Of a DNA stretch of 64,000 nt, positions 61,085 through 64,000 are shown piece by piece. This DNA comes from Saccostrea echinata (Eukaryota). Under the pieces are notes generated by a model that worked only from the letters and a program-made list of their open reading frames with translations, made no database searches and had not been told where the DNA came from. Made by a program: the position numbers and the translations under genes. Numbering within the stretch: position 1 is the first letter of the stretch; each line of letters starts with the position of its first letter. The stretch is from NCBI RefSeq assembly GCF_033153115.1, contig NW_026889778.1:9052001-9116000 (forward strand). Direction: 5' to 3'.

Positions 61085-62169
61085 CGTCCCCTGTCTAAGT
61101 GAACCTGAAAATGTCCAAAATAATGAGATTATGAATTATTAAAACTATACAATTTTAAATTTGTCTAAAGTCAATCTTTATCATAAAGATCGGATGTTAT
61201 ATGCAAGTGTATGTATTTAATGAATATGTTGACAAGCGTTGAAAAATTTTATTGGTTTTTCCTCATACAGTGATCAGCAAAAGAAGACTTGGTAGAGAAC
61301 CTGTGATTGTATAAATCTGAAATGAAGCCTTTTCGGAGGACACTCGGTCTGAACCTATTGAAAATATTTTTCACCTTTACCATTATTTGGATTTAGGCTT
61401 AGATCGAGAGTTTTACAGAGTAAATAAATTAAATGTACATTTGCGATGATCAATTCTAAAGTACCTAAAAAAGATTTTAAAATTTAATTGGGGATGACCG
61501 GAGGTATCCATTTTTACCGTCAATTTCATTTGCCTAGCTAGTTTTCTCACTTTTCATATTCCTAAAGATATCATAGAAGTGAGTTCGACAAACTAGCCGC
61601 TAATGTTCTGCACTCGGGAACATTGTCGGTAAAATTAGGCAAATGTGATTTTTGAAAATATTCCTGTTCCTAAAAACATTACCAAAAAATTTCATTCTCG
61701 GTACGACAGATGATCATTTTTAGAATATGTTGTAATATATACCTTACCTATTTCCAGAAAGTATGGGTTTAGATTGCAAACTCTTTAATTTATATCAAAA
61801 ATAGTAAGTGTATGGAAGCGAAAACAGGTCATCGACAATAATGACAGTAAGCAGTTTAATTTAAAAGGTTGTAAAGAGAATATTTTAATTGATCCATTCT
61901 TTGTTTTTTGTGTCGCCTTTGAGATAATTCTATGTTATTATGCCCCCTTCAAAGAAGGTAAACCAAAAAGATCGTTGTAGTCTGACAATTGTAGAAAAGA
62001 AAGACTGATGTCTCTTTTGGAGAAAAGTTTTTGTTAAATGACAGATAATTATTTATAGTAATTTCACCCTATTTCATTATTTTGATTAGTTTTGAGGGTG
62101 GGGAATCATATTTCTATTTGATTGTCAAAAAAGCCCCCCCCCCTCCCCCGCGTGCTACGCTTCTGATCA

Positions 62170-62432
62170 TTTTTATGCCACGCTACGAAGAAGGGAGGGC
62201 ATATTGCTTTGCTGCTGTCTGTCGATCGGTCCACCGACAGTTTCCTTTCATTTTCTTCGCAAAGGCTGCACATACTAAAATGAAATTTAATATACAGATT
62301 TATCAAAAGAATATTTAGATCAAGTTTTGTTTTGGGTAGGATTGAGCAATTTTTGACAGAATTATGCCTCTTGGACTTCGAACAATTCCAATTATTGGGG
62401 GGCATAAGTGTGTCACAAACATCTCTTGTTTT
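62170..62432 (+). mobile_element. Short Helentron/HINE
   Basis: TTTTTATGCCA...GGGCATA, GTCTGTCGATCGGTC, 3' GGGGGCATAAGTGTGTCACAAACATCTCTTGTT. Confidence 0.75.
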
Positions 62433-63018
62433 TTCTTTGCTATAATGCTACTAGCAAATACATGTACTTACCATCCTTAGATTTATTTCAATCTTTAATA
62501 ATGCTATAAAGCAGGCGATCCTTGGAACACTTTATTTTAACATTCCTTTCGCAAATTGTTTTGCTCCTGTAGAGACGTCACCTGTTGGCTTCTCCATATG
62601 AGTGAAAAGTTCTCGAGAGGGATGTTAAACAATAAACAAACATCAAAGTCCAGGGATTTGGCGAAAAAAGTCACATTTTAATGTCTTGGGTTTAATTCGG
62701 CGTCGGGAAAAGAACTTCAACCTTTCGAACACTAAGCGAGCAACAACCAAAAAAAAAGTTTTAAAAACATACCTCATTGTAGGATTTATTCAGCGAAGAT
62801 GCTTTCAAACCTCTAAATGCCATGCACAGCATCGAAGATAAGAGGTCCATGACTTTAGGATCACCAGAGTATAATTACATTTACAAAAATTCTACTGCAT
62901 AAATAAAAAAAGTACTGCAAGTTGATATGCTAAAATGTATTGAACCACTTTTTTCTTTGTTTGAATATTTTCCCGTTATTAATTATAAATTATTGATTTG
63001 ATGATCTATTTCTGTTAA

Positions 63019-63525
63019 GATATCCGACCCATAATAGCCTCAAATTCAGTGAATCTGAATGTATAACAGATATATATTAGCTGAATACTCAGTATATGTA
63101 GACATAATCTTCATGTTTTAGTATCAATATGTAAGAGCGAAATGTGTCCCAATTTTTGACCTTGTCCTGTCCTTGAAGAGTTATCCCCCTTTGCTTTTAA
63201 TCGATAAAATCAATTCTAAAAAAATCTATCAGGTAAAAATTTAGTTTTCAATCGCTTTTCTTTTCCTTATAATTAAATACATCTTTCCACCACAGCATTT
63301 TTTGATATTCTTAGTATTTAAATTTTTATTTTCAAAAATTTGCTTGTCCCCATAGAAATCAATGCAATCTTCATTAATTAATTACTGCTTTGGTAATTAT
63401 ATTTTTGAAAATTTCTTTTGGTAAATCCTTTACTACTCTAAAATGCTTTGAATTAATATCAAAGTATTTAATACAGGATGGATATTTAAGGTTAGAGAAT
63501 TAGGTCCTAATATGGGTCGGATACC
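63019..63525. mobile_element. Kolobok-like MITE, TTAA TSD
   Basis: TTAA|GATATCCGACCCATA ... TATGGGTCGGATACC|TTAA. Confidence 0.8.
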
Positions 63526-64000
63526 TTAAAAAAAAGTTGCAAAAAAAATCTAAAATAGCATAAATAGGATGAAATTCTTCATTTCATCAGTACTCATAGG
63601 TTGTTTTTTTTACGATAAGTAATCATGGATCGTTTTTCTTTGTTACAATTTAACACAAATTTTATATTACTGTAATGGAGCTCCATACACTACACTGAAC
63701 AGAGCTGATGCAAAAAGGAAGGAAAGATGTTTAATCAATCTTAATTAACTTGATACAAAAAGGTTATTTTGTCTTTTAAAACAATTATTATGCTGATTAA
63801 AGTTGCAGAAAATGAGTCATAAACAAATAATCATTGATGATTTCGTGACATGCAATATCCTAATTTATATAAGAAAATAAATAACGAGAAACATGCCTGG
63901 TTTTGACATTTTTACGAGGATAACTTGACATCTATTGAGACATGTGTAACCTAACGAATGTAAATTTGTAACGGCAATGTCCACGACGCCACAAAATATG

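Noticed and set aside
62400-62540. Candidate non-coding first exon of paralog 3 (similar ATG|GTAAGT donor at ~7003 for paralog 1)
   Set aside because: Acceptors before each ATG imply upstream exons, but donors cannot be assigned without transcripts.
30200-64000. Right TIR / 6-bp TSD of the Polinton
   Set aside because: No inverted copy of the 23958 terminus seen by eye.

Overview
AT-rich, intron-containing animal DNA. The repeat types (Helitron/Helentron elements carrying ~167-bp satellite arrays, V-domain tRNA SINEs, Penelope-like RT fragments) suggest a bivalve, probably an oyster; this is inference. Most ORFs in the supplied track are spurious. Real content: (1) three paralogous genes with 4 coding exons each (11449-14553 +, 35121-38442 +, 57689-61084 -), encoding 154-161 aa secreted cysteine-rich proteins. 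Their Cys spacing resembles dermatopontin/HAAF, but they lack that family's DRxW motifs. (2) A 6.2-kb left arm of a Polinton/Maverick endogenous virus (23958-~30201): AGTAGT terminus, unknown ORF, macrodomain, tandem PC4, BIR-only IAP, RVE integrase-chromodomain, minor capsid, basic core-like protein and truncated major capsid. Nearly every viral gene has its own TATA+Inr pair. (3) A 5.3-kb Harbinger (intact Myb/SANT gene, frameshifted transposase, CAG TSD) inserted into the terminus of an older relative. (4) Many relics and MITEs: Tc1, hAT, DEDD exonuclease, Kolobok-like, pogo-like and CMC-like elements, and Penelope-like fragments whose 3' end folds into a recurring three-way-junction RNA. 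There is one assembly gap (10799-10941). Coordinates were counted by hand, and family assignments come from motif recognition, not database searches.
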